A program made the position numbers and the translations under genes. From assembly GCF_009914755.1 (NCBI RefSeq), contig NC_060943.1: DNA of 64,000 nt; one strand, given 5' to 3'. The DNA is from the human T2T-CHM13v2.0 reference genome, Homo sapiens. Shown one piece after another: positions 40,078 through 52,612 of the stretch. Below the pieces are notes generated by a model. It searched no databases and had not been told where the DNA came from. It saw nothing but the letters and a program-made list of their open reading frames with translations. Within the stretch, counting starts at the first letter, position 1. Every line of letters begins with the position of its first letter.

Positions 40078-40089
40078 TTTATTCAATGC

Positions 40090-40445
<356 letters not shown>

Positions 40446-41405
40446 TTAGAAAATAACAAGTGAATTCTAAAATTTATATGGTAATGCATAAAGTAAGGAC
40501 TTAGAATAGCAAAAAAATTGAAAAAGATGCATAAAGTTAAAGAATTATATTGCCTGATTTGTAGACGTATTATTTAATTATGTTAAGTAGACTTTAAAAT
40601 ATTAGCAAAAATATAGATTAAGAAAGTCCAGGAATAGACCAACACATCTAAGATCAAATGATATTTTAGAAAGGTGCAAAGGCAATTCAGTGAAGATTGT
40701 GTTTTCAACAAGTGTTGTTGGAACAACTGGACATCCATATTAAAACAAAACCCAAGAAACAAAACCACAAGCTGTGACCCCAAACCTCACATGGTATATA
40801 ATATTCAAGAACTAACTCAAAATGGATTATAAACCTGAAAGTATGAAACCTTCATTAAGTAACATGAGAGAATTTTTTAAATCTTGGCAAATACTTCTGA
40901 AATATGCACCAAAAACATGTTCAATCTAAGGAAAAATGACATGTTCAACTTTGTCATCAGTAAAAATTTCTGCTCTAGAACAGACTCTGTTAAGATGAAG
41001 AAGAAAATGAACCTTAGGCTAGAAGACTATACTGGCAAATCACATATCTACAGAAAGACTTGCATCCAATATTTACTAAAAACTCTCAAAACTCAATAAT
41101 AAAACAAAAAAGTTTAAATGGGCAAAAGATTTGAACAGGCAGTTAACCAAAGAAGATAGAGGGATGGCAGTAGTACAAATAAAAATTGTAAACATTAGTC
41201 ATTAGGGAGATACAAAGTAAAATCACAGAGAAATACCACTACACACCAAGTGGGAACGGTGAAAATTGAAGACTCTCTATACCAAGTGTTGGTGAAGATA
41301 TGGAGTACCTGAAATCCTCATAACACTGTGGAGGGCATGTAATGTAGTATAACCACTTTGAAACACAATTTGTCAGTTTGTAAAAAGGTAAACATCCACT
41401 TACCC

Positions 41406-41941
41406 TGTGACTTGGTGTGCTTATGCTTTTTATTTTCTGCGTTTTATGATGACATCTTTTAAAGTTTACTGGCTCTGGAGAGACTGCCCTCCCAGGATTA
41501 GTCTTTTCTTAGAGATGGCAAAGCGCTTGACCCAGAGCACCTCTCTCATATACAACCAACTGATCCTGAGTCTACAGCCCCAATTACCTCTTTATCCAAC
41601 TCTCACACCCCCATGCCAATATCTCCCCTGCACTGAAGCACCCCACGACCAGGTACCAGGTAACCAGAGACCAACACTATAGGCCAAAGCCTGCCGGAGT
41701 TATTCAAATTAGCTAACCATAAGCTGTTTACTCTGCCCTGCCTGGCCTGTCCCATGAAAACTCCAATAAAGGCTGTTGCCTATGCCTTCCCCTTGCTCCT
41801 GCCTCCTGATCAACACTGGTGCTCTCCATGTGGCCCTGTGTGGCATGGTGTGCCCCTAGGAAATGTAAGTAATAATTGCTTTCCATTGCATTGGCCTCTC
41901 TTTGTGGTCACTCAGTCACCACCTTAAGTTAAAATCCCACA
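41406..41941 (+). mobile_element. ERV1-class solo LTR (MER39-like)
   Basis: TG…CA termini, CCAGGTACCAGG motif shared with 1-325, AATAAA at ~41765. Confidence 0.65.
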
Positions 41942-41949
41942 GGTAGAAA

Positions 41950-42492
41950 TGAGACACATTTCTTCGTGTGTCCGTGTGTGTGTGTGTGTGTGTGTATGTG
42001 TGTGTGTAAGTGGGGGCAGGGCACGTCTGCAGAGAGACCCACGGCCCTGGGCCATGCCTTTGGGTGACAGTGTATCAGAAACTAAGCTCAGCATGCAGTG
42101 GGATGGGTTGGGTGTTGCTGTGACATCCTCTGTCCTCCCTGGAGCACCCTGGGATTGGGAGCAGGCTGAGCACTGTGGTGCCAGCCCGCAGGTCCATGTG
42201 TGCATGTGCACCCAGGAGGCCCTGAGGCATGACCGTGTGTCTTGGCAAACATGTGTCTGCACTTGGCTCGCCCTAGCACAGAATCTGCCACCGAGTGCCG
42301 GTTCAACAAACATTTGATAAGTGAGTTTGTTTGTCTGAATGGGTAGCAGATTAGGTGCAGCTTTCGAGAAAATTAGTAAATTGTAGTTTAGATTCAAGGA
42401 ACATTACCTGGAATAAAACGCAGAACCTAAAGGATGTGAGGTATAGAAAGTGCGTTAGGATCACATGTTACACAGTGAAAAGGTCCTACATA
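41950..42492 (-). repeat. Duplicated copy of the SCGB2B2 upstream/promoter block (paralog of ~63212-63739)
   Basis: Colinear near-identity including the (TG)n tract, CTGCAGAGAGACCC…CGGCCCTGGGCCATGC, CTAGCACAGAATCTGCCAC and TTTAGATTCAA…CAGAACCTAAAGGA. Confidence 0.9.
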
Positions 42493-42736
42493 TGTGGGTG
42501 TTGAAGCCACTTGCCTGTGACTTCTGTCACCTGACTGGACCCTGATTGACCCTGGGTGACCAGGGGCAAAATCAGCAGAGGGGCGCAGCTGGGGGTGCTT
42601 GCTGGCCTGGCCACTCACCGAGCTGTGAGCAGCAGGGGAAGCTCCACCCAGGGCCCTAGTGAGTATGGGTGTGGGGGGAGGGGCACGTGGGTGGCCCGGG
42701 TCAGTGTCAGGGTGGGCTCCCCCCATCCCACCTTCC

Positions 42737-43697
42737 TGTTACCTGTGGAGGGTGTCCAGTTTCTTGCCGTTTTGAAGCAAGAATTGGAAAAAAAAAAAAA
42801 AAAAACCGCACAAACAGAGCAAGGAAAGAATGAAGCAACAAAAGCAGAGATTTACTGAAAATGAAAGTATACTCCACGTGATGAGAGAAAGAATGAAGCA
42901 ACAAAAGCAAAGATTTATTGAAAACAAAAATACACACTACATGGTCGGGCACGGTGGCTCACGCCTGTAATCCCAGTACATTGGGAGGTTGAGGAGGGCA
43001 GATCACTTGAGATCAGGAGTTAGAGACCAGCCTGGCCAACATGGTGAAACCCCATGTCTACTAAAAGTACAAAAACTAGCCGGGCGTGGTGGCACACGCC
43101 TGTAATCCCAGCTACTTGGGAGACTGAGGCACGAGAATCGCTTGAACCCAGTCTGCACTCCAGCCTGGGCGACAGAGTGAGGACTCTGTCTCAAAAACAA
43201 AACAAAACAAAACAAAACAAAACAAAACAAAACAAAACAAAACAAAACAAAACACTCCACATGATGGAAGCAGGCTGCTGGGAGCAGGCCCGAGTATAGG
43301 GGCCCCCAGGTTACAGAATTTTCTGGGGTTTGAATACCCTCTAGAGGTTTCCCATTGGTTACTTGGTGTCCATCCTATGTAAATGATGCAGTGCCCCACA
43401 ATCAGTCTGATCGGTTGCAGAAAGCAAACAGAGGCTGAGGTGAAATTACAAAAGTTACACCCTATGCAAGCATCTGATTGGTTGTGGCAAGCAATTGGTT
43501 GTTTTCTGCAACCAATCAGATACTTTCAATTTTCCATCTGCCACACAGAAAAAGGGGAAGTAGGCTTGCAAAGGGAGTAGTCTCTGGTCCTTTTCTTACT
43601 TAGGTTTGAAAAATTGTTTTCTGTTTGATTTAGTTCTAGGAAGTCAGAGTGAATCGGCCTTAGGTTCCGTGCCTCCAGACCCTGTTCTCCTGCCTCA
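42737..43697 (-). mobile_element. MER51-type solo LTR interrupted by an Alu
   Basis: Minus strand begins TGAGGCAGGAGAACAGGGTCTGGAGGCACGGAACCTAAGGCCGATT. Has multiple CCAAT boxes and TSD TTCC. Confidence 0.85.
42943..43252 (+). mobile_element. AluS with internal deletion and (AAAAC)n tail
   Basis: Alu sequence; pentamer tail at 43193-43252. Confidence 0.92.
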
Positions 43698-43879
43698 TTC
43701 CTACCAAGCTGCTCCCTGCAGGGGCCTGATGCCCTCAGGGAAGATTCTATGTATTCACTGTCTGGGGCTGCTCAAGCCACTGCTCTGCGCAGCCCTGCCT
43801 CCCACTGGCCTTCTCAATGGCTTTCCGCTCAGGGAACCCCTGCAGCCTGTAGTCTCCAGGCAGGCCTTGGGCCACCAGG

Positions 43880-44410
43880 CTGGAGAGAGCCGCGGCCACA
43901 CTCAGCGGTGCAAGGTGACCCGGCTGTCTTCCTGGCAGGTCCTCGTGGGAGCGGCTGTCCCTTGTTCAGGGGCCCGGGACCGCGTCCCCGTCCCCCGACA
44001 TGTCCCCCAAGCATGCCTTCAGGGCAGGGTGCAGACTGGAAGGCTGGACTGGCGGGGACACGCGTGTTCTGCATCTCCTAACGCTGTGCCCACTGTGGGT
44101 GGGACGGTGACTGGCTTGGGTGGGGTCCAAGGCGGGGGTGACGAATGACACCCTTGGAGAGGGGGCCTGCAAAGGGCACTGTCTGTGGCCACGTGGTTAC
44201 TGTGGGATTTGGCCTTGGGGAATCTGATGGATGTTGACAGCCAGTTCCTGCCTCTTTTCCTCTTCTGGAGCCCCCTTGCTAGCACCGCGAAAAACCCCGC
44301 ACAGCTCCAGCCGCGGGGCTCGCTCAGGAGCGGCCGCGAGGGGACACCCAGGTTGCGCTGCAGGAAAGCCCTTGTCTGAGCGGGGCACGGGGCTCCACGA
44401 CAAAAGGACA
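43880..44410. promoter_or_regulatory. CpG-rich island-like segment
   Basis: Dense CpGs including GCGGCCGC and CCGCGG; E2F-like TTTTTCGCGG on the minus strand at 44285-44294. Confidence 0.55.
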
Positions 44411-44550
44411 CGATTTGACTTAAATTATGTTTTTCCCTTGATGATATTTTCATTTTCTTTAAAAGGATGTAGTTTTCTTGGACCGTGGACCAAGCTTATT
44501 TCTTAAACAGATTCCAGCAAACTCACAAGTGTCCTTCAGCTCTAGGCCTG

Positions 44551-44551
<1 letters not shown>

Positions 44552-44591
<40 letters not shown>

Positions 44592-44593
44592 TG
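44552..44593. repeat. (TG)n microsatellite
   Basis: Seen directly. Confidence 0.95.
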
Positions 44594-45341
44594 AATGTCT
44601 GGGGCCAAGGCCAGGGATGACTGGGCTGTGGTGAGAACCTGACCCTTCCCAGTCTTCCCTGATTTCTCTTGTTCCTGCAGCTACCTAGTTTGGGGATGGA
44701 TGGGGAAGGAGGCCCCAGGATGAGTCCTCACGTCTCTGCATCCCACTGGGGGCTGCGTACAAATGGATGAGGACCCCCCCCTTGAAAGGCTCCTGGGTGG
44801 TGTAGGCCCTGGATGGGAGAGTTGGGGGGTAGAGCTGGATGTGGGATCTAGATCAGGGATGCTTGGGGCTTTTGATGCCCTGATATGGGATTGAGGAGGG
44901 GGCATGGTCAATGCTGAATGGGTGTGAACAGATGACTGGGGATGGGGAGCAAGGGAGATTCTGGTGGGGGAAGCACGGGAAGGTTGAGGTCAGAGCTGGG
45001 GAAGCTGAATTCCAGGTTGAGGAGAAGGAGGTGTGGTCGCAGATTGCAGGGAACCCAGAGGACTTGAGCAGGGAAACCTCTGGCCAGGTGGGTGTGGCAG
45101 TTGACATTGGAGTTGGGGTGGGGGTGGAGTCGGGGGTGGAGCTGCAGATGGCAGGGGCAGTGTTGAAGGTGGAGGGTGACGGTTGAGGCAGGGAAGGGGC
45201 AGTGGGGTGGGGATACCCCATCAGGTTGTCCCATGCCTCTCTGAGAGATGCCTGCCCTTCCACCCGCCCTTCTGGGGTCAGTCCCTCCCACTTCCCCCTT
45301 GGCTGAAGAACACACACAGAAGCTGGATGGATGCAGGTGAG

Positions 45342-45347
45342 TTTATT
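45342..45347 (-). terminator. Polyadenylation signal AATAAA of the SCGB1B-type gene
   Basis: TTTATT on the plus strand ~200 nt downstream of the stop codon. Confidence 0.75.
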
Positions 45348-45547
45348 AGGCAGCATTGTCCCGCAGGGGACAGGCCTGGGTGGGGAGGTGGGGGGCAGCC
45401 GTTCCCAGGCTTGCCCCAATCAGCACAGCAGGAGAGAGAGTAGAGGCAGCAGCAGGGCGGGAGCTAGGGAGGGTGGGGCCCTGGGCCCAGATTCTCATGG
45501 TTGGGACAGGCAGCCTGGACAGGAACCCGAGGTGCCTATGGATGGTG

Positions 45548-46195
45548 TTACTTCAGTATCGTGTCGGCACACTGGTTGTTGATTTCTTCCTGTGGGGAGG
45601 GGTGGGAGGCCGAAGGGAGGGGTCTTCTGGGGAAGGAGGGATAGGATGGGGTTGATTGCGGAGGCTGAGCATCAGAGCGCGGAGGTCCAGCGCCCTGAGG
45701 TCTTGTCCCTGGGCAGCTGCCCGTGTGAGAGGTGGTTGCTTGGTGAGAGGTGGGGAGGTATTTGGGTGGAGAGAGAGGCTCTCAGGGAACAGAGTCCCTG
45801 CTCTCAAAGGAGGTCAAGGGCTGTGGGGTGGCGCTGGTGGCCGGGCCCTGCTGCACTCACCAGTTGCTGCACGACGGCCTCTGTCTCCTCGGGGGTCATT
45901 GTGTCGGTCACGCAGTCCTTGAGTTTAGAGGATGTGTTTCTTTCCGGCTCCGTGAGGTGGTATCTGTTGACAGTGTCCATGTAGGTGTCCTTGTCCTTGG
46001 TCAGAAACTGGTTAATGACCGTCATAAGCTGCGGGCAGAGTTTCCTGGGCTCTGCGGGGAGAGTAGGAGCGTGTGATCAGGGAGGGGTGGGTGCCCCGGG
46101 GCTGCAGCGCGGCCCGGGCTTCCCTGGCGGGGCCTACCTGCGAGCAGCGGCAGCAGCAGGAGACCCAGCAGCGCCAGGGCTCGGGCGGACGCCAC
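45548..46195 (-). pseudogene. SCGB1B2P: Secretoglobin family 1B gene (ABP-alpha / Fel d 1 chain 1-like); annotated pseudogene, frame intact but starts at GTG
   Basis: Exon 1 46195-46138 (58 nt), exon 2 46051-45861 (191 nt), exon 3 45589-45548 (42 nt), all GT-AG. Spliced product: (V/M)ASARALALLGLLLLPLLAEPRKLCPQLMTVINQFLTKDKDTYMDTVNRYHLTEPERNTSSKLKDCVTDTMTPEETEAVVQQLEEINNQCADTILK* (96 aa). Confidence 0.88.
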
Positions 46196-46600
46196 GCGGT
46201 TCGGGGTCGGGGCCGGTAGGTATGCGGGTCACACTGGGGCAGTGCGGACGCAGGTCCCTCTGGCATCTCGGGAGACGCGGTCCTTAAACTCCGTGTCCTG
46301 GGGGCGGGCCCGGGTGGCGTGGCTTGGCTGGACAGGGAGGGTAGGGGCGGTAGTGGGGTTTGTGGCACTCCAGCGTAGCAGGTTGCATCTGCGGGTCCCC
46401 GCCCCTGCCCCGCCCCCAGCCCCTCCCATGGTGCTGGATCCAGGCAGCTGATGTGCAGGCGGGGACCCCTGGCTGGGCGCGGTCCTGGGCGCGTCCCTGC
46501 GCGGTTCAGGCTTCCATGCGCGCTGAGACTCCGCTGGCTCTGTGGCCTGCCCCGTCGTGTGTGCGTCACGAGGCTTGGGTGCACGCGTTTGAGAATGGGA
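45870..46600. promoter_or_regulatory. CpG island with GC boxes and TATA-like element at the SCGB1B-type gene 5' end
   Basis: High CpG density; GGGGCGG/CCGCCC boxes at ~46301, ~46345 and ~46399-46415; TTTAAG on the minus strand at 46288-46283. Confidence 0.7.
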
Positions 46601-49600
46601 TATGTGTGTGTGAGTGGAATGCGCTGGTGGGAGCGTGTGGGGTGTGTGTGTGTGGCACCTGAGGTTGGGGTGTTGACTGTGTGGGGTGGGGGTCTGTGAT
46701 TATATGAATATGAGGGTGTGATTGCGGCTGGGACAGGGCATGTGGCTGCCTCTGCCTCTGCATCTGAGAGAGACAAGAAGTGATGGGAGAGTCTTGTGTG
46801 GGGGCCCTGCGGGGCAGGGACAGGGGACCCTTCTTCACTTTATGCCATCTGGAGGTGAAAAGCCAGCTAAGTAGCAGGCTTCATCCTGGAGACAGAGGCT
46901 GGGAGACTGCAGCTGAAAGGTGTGGGTTCCGGGAGGGCTGCAGGGGGCTGAGCAGCAGCGTCAGGGAGCAGAGGGCCGCCCTCCCTCCATCTTCCTTCCT
47001 TCTCTGGACCCCAGAGCACTGTGTCCCCCTCCCACCCCTACAGCTGCAGGTGGAGCCAGCTGGAGGGCTCTCTAGAGGGAGTGGGGTCCTCTGAGGGCAG
47101 AGAGGGCCAGGAGGCTCCCTGAGGACCTGAGGCCCCTCTGGGCCTCCCAGGGCTGGGCCTGTGGTCTGATCTGCTTTGCCCTGGGAGAGACGTGCTCAGT
47201 GGTGGGGTTTGTGTAGCTGTCACTCAATCACCTGCCTGTGCCCAGCCACACACCTGTGACTCCCATGGGCCCCACCCAATACACATGTGGGTCTTCAAGT
47301 GCCGTGAGGGGAAGTTCCTGCCTGTGTCACATGCATCCATCCCACCCACCACACTGCAGGTTACAGGACTGCCCCACAAGCGCCACCATGCCAGCCTGAC
47401 GTTACCTGGCACACAGGTATCCTCACCTGCATGACATGATCAGATCATGCACTTTCTATGCCAGGGCCAGTGCCAGGGCAAGCTTGTATCTTCAGCTTTG
47501 GGGACACTGTGGGGCGGGTGGTGGCTGGAGGCCAGGGAAGTCACCAGGCTGGAGAGGGTTGATGTCAGACATCTCCCGTGCACCACTTTGAGCCACCTCA
47601 GCCTCACCTGGGACTCTGGCTGGCACTGGGACTAGCAGTTCCATGAAGGTTTAGAGCATTTCTAGGCTTAGGAAGGGCCTCCCTTGTCATCACTGTGGTC
47701 CGGGCTGCATGCCTTGTGACCAAGGGCTCTGGACAGCAGATGCAGCCAGCCAGAGTGTGGGGGTGAGGGGCCTGGGCACAGGAGGGATGGGAGGCCTTCC
47801 CTGCACCCCCATGGCCACCATTTCAGAGGGAGGACAGCAATTATTTGGGTTTGTCCTGTGAGCGGTGGCAGAGAGAAGGCCCCAGGGCAGGTCTAGGGCC
47901 AGACAGGCACCCTGTGCTGCAGCCTCGGGGCCACCAGGCACGTGATGGGGCCGGTGTGGGGATGTCCCCTGGCCAAACACATGGGTAGGGGGTGCTCTGG
48001 GGTCAGTGGGTGGGTCCGGGCGTTTGCAAGAGCCATGTTAAGATAGACAGTCCTGAAGGATGGAGGGAGGGGGCAGAGGGGTCAGAGAATGGATGGATGG
48101 GGGAGACGGCTCCTGCCGCTTCCTGGCCTCTAAGTGGGGGTGATGGGTGGTAGGTGAGTGCAGTGGGAGCTGCAAGGCTGAGCCAGGGAAGTGGAGGCAG
48201 CAGAGATGCAGACCTTGCCTGAGGCTGACTCGGGACTGGGGCTTCTTAGAGGCCAGGGCCCTAGAGCTCCTGGACAGGGAGTTTGCAGGAACAGTGATGC
48301 AGCATACAACACAGCACAACTCGACACAACACAATCTGCCACAGCAGAGCAGCGTGCGGTGCACTGGGCTGCAGCAGAGCATGGCCCAGGGTCCAGGGAG
48401 TCATGTAGGCTCCAGGGAATCATGGAGCAAACTGACCTGAGCCGCATCCCTCAGCCAAGGCACAGGCCCCCAGCCTTGAGCCACCCACTTCCTTGGGACA
48501 GCTGGATGCCCTAGTGTCCCTGGGGCTGAGGATGGGGCTGGGGCTGCTGTCCAAGGTGAGGTCTGACTCTAATCCCCTGTCTCTAATCCCCAGTCGTTTG
48601 GGGAACTTGGGCGTCTTCCAGGGGACCCAGTGGTGCTGATGGGATTTCTGGGCACCTCAGCCAGGTCCCCTGCCCACCTCGCCACACTGGTTCCCACTGC
48701 AATCTGGCTTTGGGGCCTGTGTGGCCTCTGCTTACTGAGCCCTGTGGTTCCCTGCCAGGCACCGTTGGCCCTCCGGCCAGGCTGGCACCTGGAGAATGGC
48801 CTGTCCCCAAATCCTGCACTCTTCCCAGCTCACCTGCTTTGCTTTTCTCCCGCACTGGGAGGTGGGAGCCAGGTTGACACTGGAGGAGGAGCTCCCTCAA
48901 CTGTGGCTTCACCTTAGGGTTCTGGGCAGGGTTTTGGGCAGTGAGACTTTCTGGATAGGGGCTGGAGGTCAACAGCCTTCTGAGTGGGGAGTGGTCTCAT
49001 AGCAGAGAGACCCACGGTGGAGGGGTGGGGTGGGCAGGGAGGACGACCCGGCTGTGGAGGAGCTGGGGCAGGCAGGTTACACGGATGCAGTTCACACTCC
49101 CTCCTTCTCCCCATCCTCTCCCACGCCCCCCGCGTCCTCTCCTGTCTCTTCCTCCCTGCCCTGTTCTGTCCCTCTTTCCCCTCTGTGTCTCCATCTTCCT
49201 GTCCCTTTTTCCTTATTCATTTGTCCTCCTCTTCACTTTCCATTTCTCCCTTTCCCTCCTCCCCTCACCTCTCATCTTTCTATTATGACATATGACACAA
49301 ATACAGACTAGGACACACCATATAAACGTATCTTAGGTGATGACTGTGACGCAAACCTCACAATACCCCTGCAGTTCAAGAAAGGTCATGGTGAGCCCCT
49401 CCCGGCACCAGCCTCACTGCCTAGAGTTGACCCCTGTCCTGAGTTTGTGGTTTCTTGTTGTTTTAGTGGACGGTTTTGCTACCTAAACATCTTCACATAT
49501 AATAAGTGTTAATTTTACTCTTTTACAGTTTTTATAACCGTGGTCACCATGTGTGTGTTCTCCCATATCTTACTTTTTTGTTCAAGATTTTTGTTGGTAT

Positions 49601-50100
49601 CAATCCACATTGCTCTCTTTATGGTTTAAAAGCATCGACCATTGTGTACTGATTCTATTATCGTGAACAGCACTACAGGGAGCTTTTATGTGTGGATGTC
49701 CTGGCACACATTTACATTCACATTTGTATGGGTTTGTGCCCATGTGTGGAATTTTAGATGATAAGGCATTCATATTCTTGACTGTCTTAGGTAACAGGAA
49801 ACCTTGAAAGCAGTTATACAATGCACACCCTCAGCCACACTGTAGTATTTCCTGCCACTCTAGATCGCCATACGCTGGTATCGTCAGTGTCGAGTGAACC
49901 ATCTGGTAGGCAGGTGTCAGGGGCATCTCATTGGGTTCCCATTTGCATTTTCTGGTGTAAGGAGGTTGAGGCCTCTTTATGTGTTTATTGGTCATTTAGT
50001 GAAGTGTGAGTAGAGGGCTTTTTTCCCGTTTATATATTGCATGTTCATTTCTTTTTTCCATCTCTGGTCAATTGTAGGAGTTTTTTGTATATATATATAT

Positions 50101-50358
50101 TTTTTTTTTTTGGAGACAGGGTTTCTCTCTGCTGCCCAGGCTGGAGAGCACTGGCATGATCTCAGTTCACTGCAGCCTCAACCTCCTGAGCTCAAGTGAT
50201 CTTTCTGCCTCAGCCTCCTGAGTATCTGGTACTACAGGCGCATGCCACCACACGTGGCTTATTTTTGCATTTTTAGTAGAAATGGGGTTTCGCCATGTTG
50301 TCCAGGCTGGTCTCGAACTCCTGAGCTCAGGTGATTCACCCGCCTCGACCTCCCAATG
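50101..50358 (-). mobile_element. Alu (J/S, 5'-truncated)
   Basis: Alu sequence with poly(T). Confidence 0.9.
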
Positions 50359-50379
50359 TGAGGAGTTCTTGCTATCTTC

Positions 50380-50685
<306 letters not shown>

Positions 50686-51096
50686 TGATAAGAGCCCTTG
50701 TTTGGTTATTTATTTAAAATGCCTTCTGCAACACTGGGGATTATTAGCTTTGTATTCCCTTGACGGTTTTTATTGAACAGAAGTATAAGGCTTACTGTAA
50801 TGAAATTTATCAACGCTTCCTTTCTGCTTGATGTTGTGTGTGTGTGTTTTGCTTAATAAATAGTCTTATCTTTTTATTTTTATTTCTTAATGTGGTTTTA
50901 TTCCTTTGGAAAAAAGATTCTCATCTCATGGTCATAAAGATATTCTTCTACATAAATACTTGTGAAGTCTTTATTCTTTTGCCTTGTCCATTGAGGTCTC
51001 TAAGGTACATGGAATTGACTTTTGTGTGAAATGTGGGTAACAGTCCTCTTACTTTTAAATTATATAGATTCCCTGCTGTCCCAGTACTGTTTAGGA

Positions 51097-51322
51097 CAGG
51101 AGTGTGTAATGTTTTGGCTTCCCTGGGCCACACTGGAAGAAGAAGGATTGTTTTGGGTCACACATAAAATACACTAACACTAACAATACCTAATGAACTA
51201 AAAAAACTTAAAATCGCAAAAATCTCATAATGTTTTAAGAAAGTTTACAAATTTGTGTTGGGCCGCATTGAAAGCCACCCTGGGCCGCAAGCATCCTGCG
51301 GGCTGCAGATTGGACAAATTTG
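51097..51322. mobile_element. MER30 DNA transposon
   Basis: TTTTGGCTTCCCTGGGCCACACTGGAAGAAGA…GGGCCGCATTGAAAGCCACCCTGGGCCGCA…TTGGACAA. Confidence 0.85.
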
Positions 51323-52334
51323 GTTTTGGAGAAGATGGCCCTTATTCCATTATTCTCAATGTCCCTTTGTCAAAAAGCAAGTGCCCCATAGAGGGACATA
51401 GTTTGCTTCTGAGTTCTCTATTTCATGTCGCTGGTCTGTTTGTCTGTATGCCAATGTGGCACTATGTTGAGTACACACTAAAGCTTTAGTTCTTGACTCT
51501 GGCAGAGGGGGTCCTTCCGCTTTGGCCTTGTTCCTGGAGTGTCTTTGCTGTTTTTGACCCTCTGCGGTGCCAGACGTTTAGAAACAGCTATTTGAATTCA
51601 ATGTGGGAGAGAACTGAAGTTTTGATGACATCGAGTATTCCTCTCCATAATGCTGGGATATGTTGCCGTTTATTTTGATTCTCCCTATTTTCTCTCAATA
51701 ATTTTTTACATATATATTTCTATGGTGCTCTTATACATGTATTAATTGATTGATTCCAAGGCATCTGTTCTTTTTAATGCCATTGTAAATGTTACATTCT
51801 TTTAAAGTGTAGGTTTATAAATGTTTGTGTTGCTATATAGAAAATTTTAATTATTCTATATTATTTTGTATTTAGGATTCGAAGACTCTTTAGTATTTTC
51901 TCTGTAGATTCTTTAAGATTATTTATATAAATATATCAACGTGTATTTGTTTCTTCCTCTTCAATATTCATATATTTTACTTGTCTTGCTTTATTGCATT
52001 TGTAGAATCTCTAGTGCAATGTTGGATAGCAATGGTGAAAACAGGCTTTTTGTTTAGTATCTAAACTCAAGAGGAACTTTTTTGTTTGTTTTGCTCTTGA
52101 CAGCATTGTATTTTATATAAATTGTTAAATTTCACGTAATTTTAGGCTTATAAGAAAGTTACACAACATTATATATAAATATTTCTGGATACCCTTCATC
52201 CAGATTCAAGAGGATAGCTTTTGATATTTTATCATTAAATAGGAAGTTTAACGTAAGATATTTTTGGTAGATGTTCTTTGCTAGATTAAAGATATATCAT
52301 TCTATTTCTATTTTTTAAGGGGATTTTTAAATCT

Positions 52335-52612
52335 TTTTTGAGACAGGGTCTTGCTTTGTCACCTGGGTTGGAGTGCAGTGGTGTGGTCTTGGCTCACTGC
52401 AGCCTCAACTTCCTGGACTCCTCCCACCTCAGCCTCCCAAGTAGCTGGGACTACAGGTGGGTGCCACCACACCTGGCTAATTTTTGTAATTTTTTTAGAG
52501 ACAGAGTTTTACCCTGTTGCCCAATGTGGTCTCAAACTACTGGCTCAAGTGATCTGCCCACCTTGGCCTCCTAACATGCTGCAATGACAGGTATGAGCCA
52601 CTGCATCCTGCG
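52335..52612 (-). mobile_element. AluJ
   Basis: Diverged Alu dimer. Confidence 0.88.

Noticed and set aside
41924-42397. 157-aa ORF similar to the N-terminus of ORF 62866..63645, suggesting a conserved protein family
   Set aside because: The similarity is explained by the DNA duplication; it has a non-ATG start, the frame diverges internally, and it includes an (HT)n microsatellite translation.
48038-48447. Cys-rich ORFs (LLCCGRLCCVELCCVVCC) resembling keratin-associated or metallothionein proteins
   Set aside because: They arise from a degenerate CACAA/CACAG pentamer repeat; no supporting gene structure.
43606-49311. Many overlapping 60-250 aa ORFs in the GC-rich region
   Set aside because: Expected by chance at high GC; no recognisable domains other than the SCGB1B exons.
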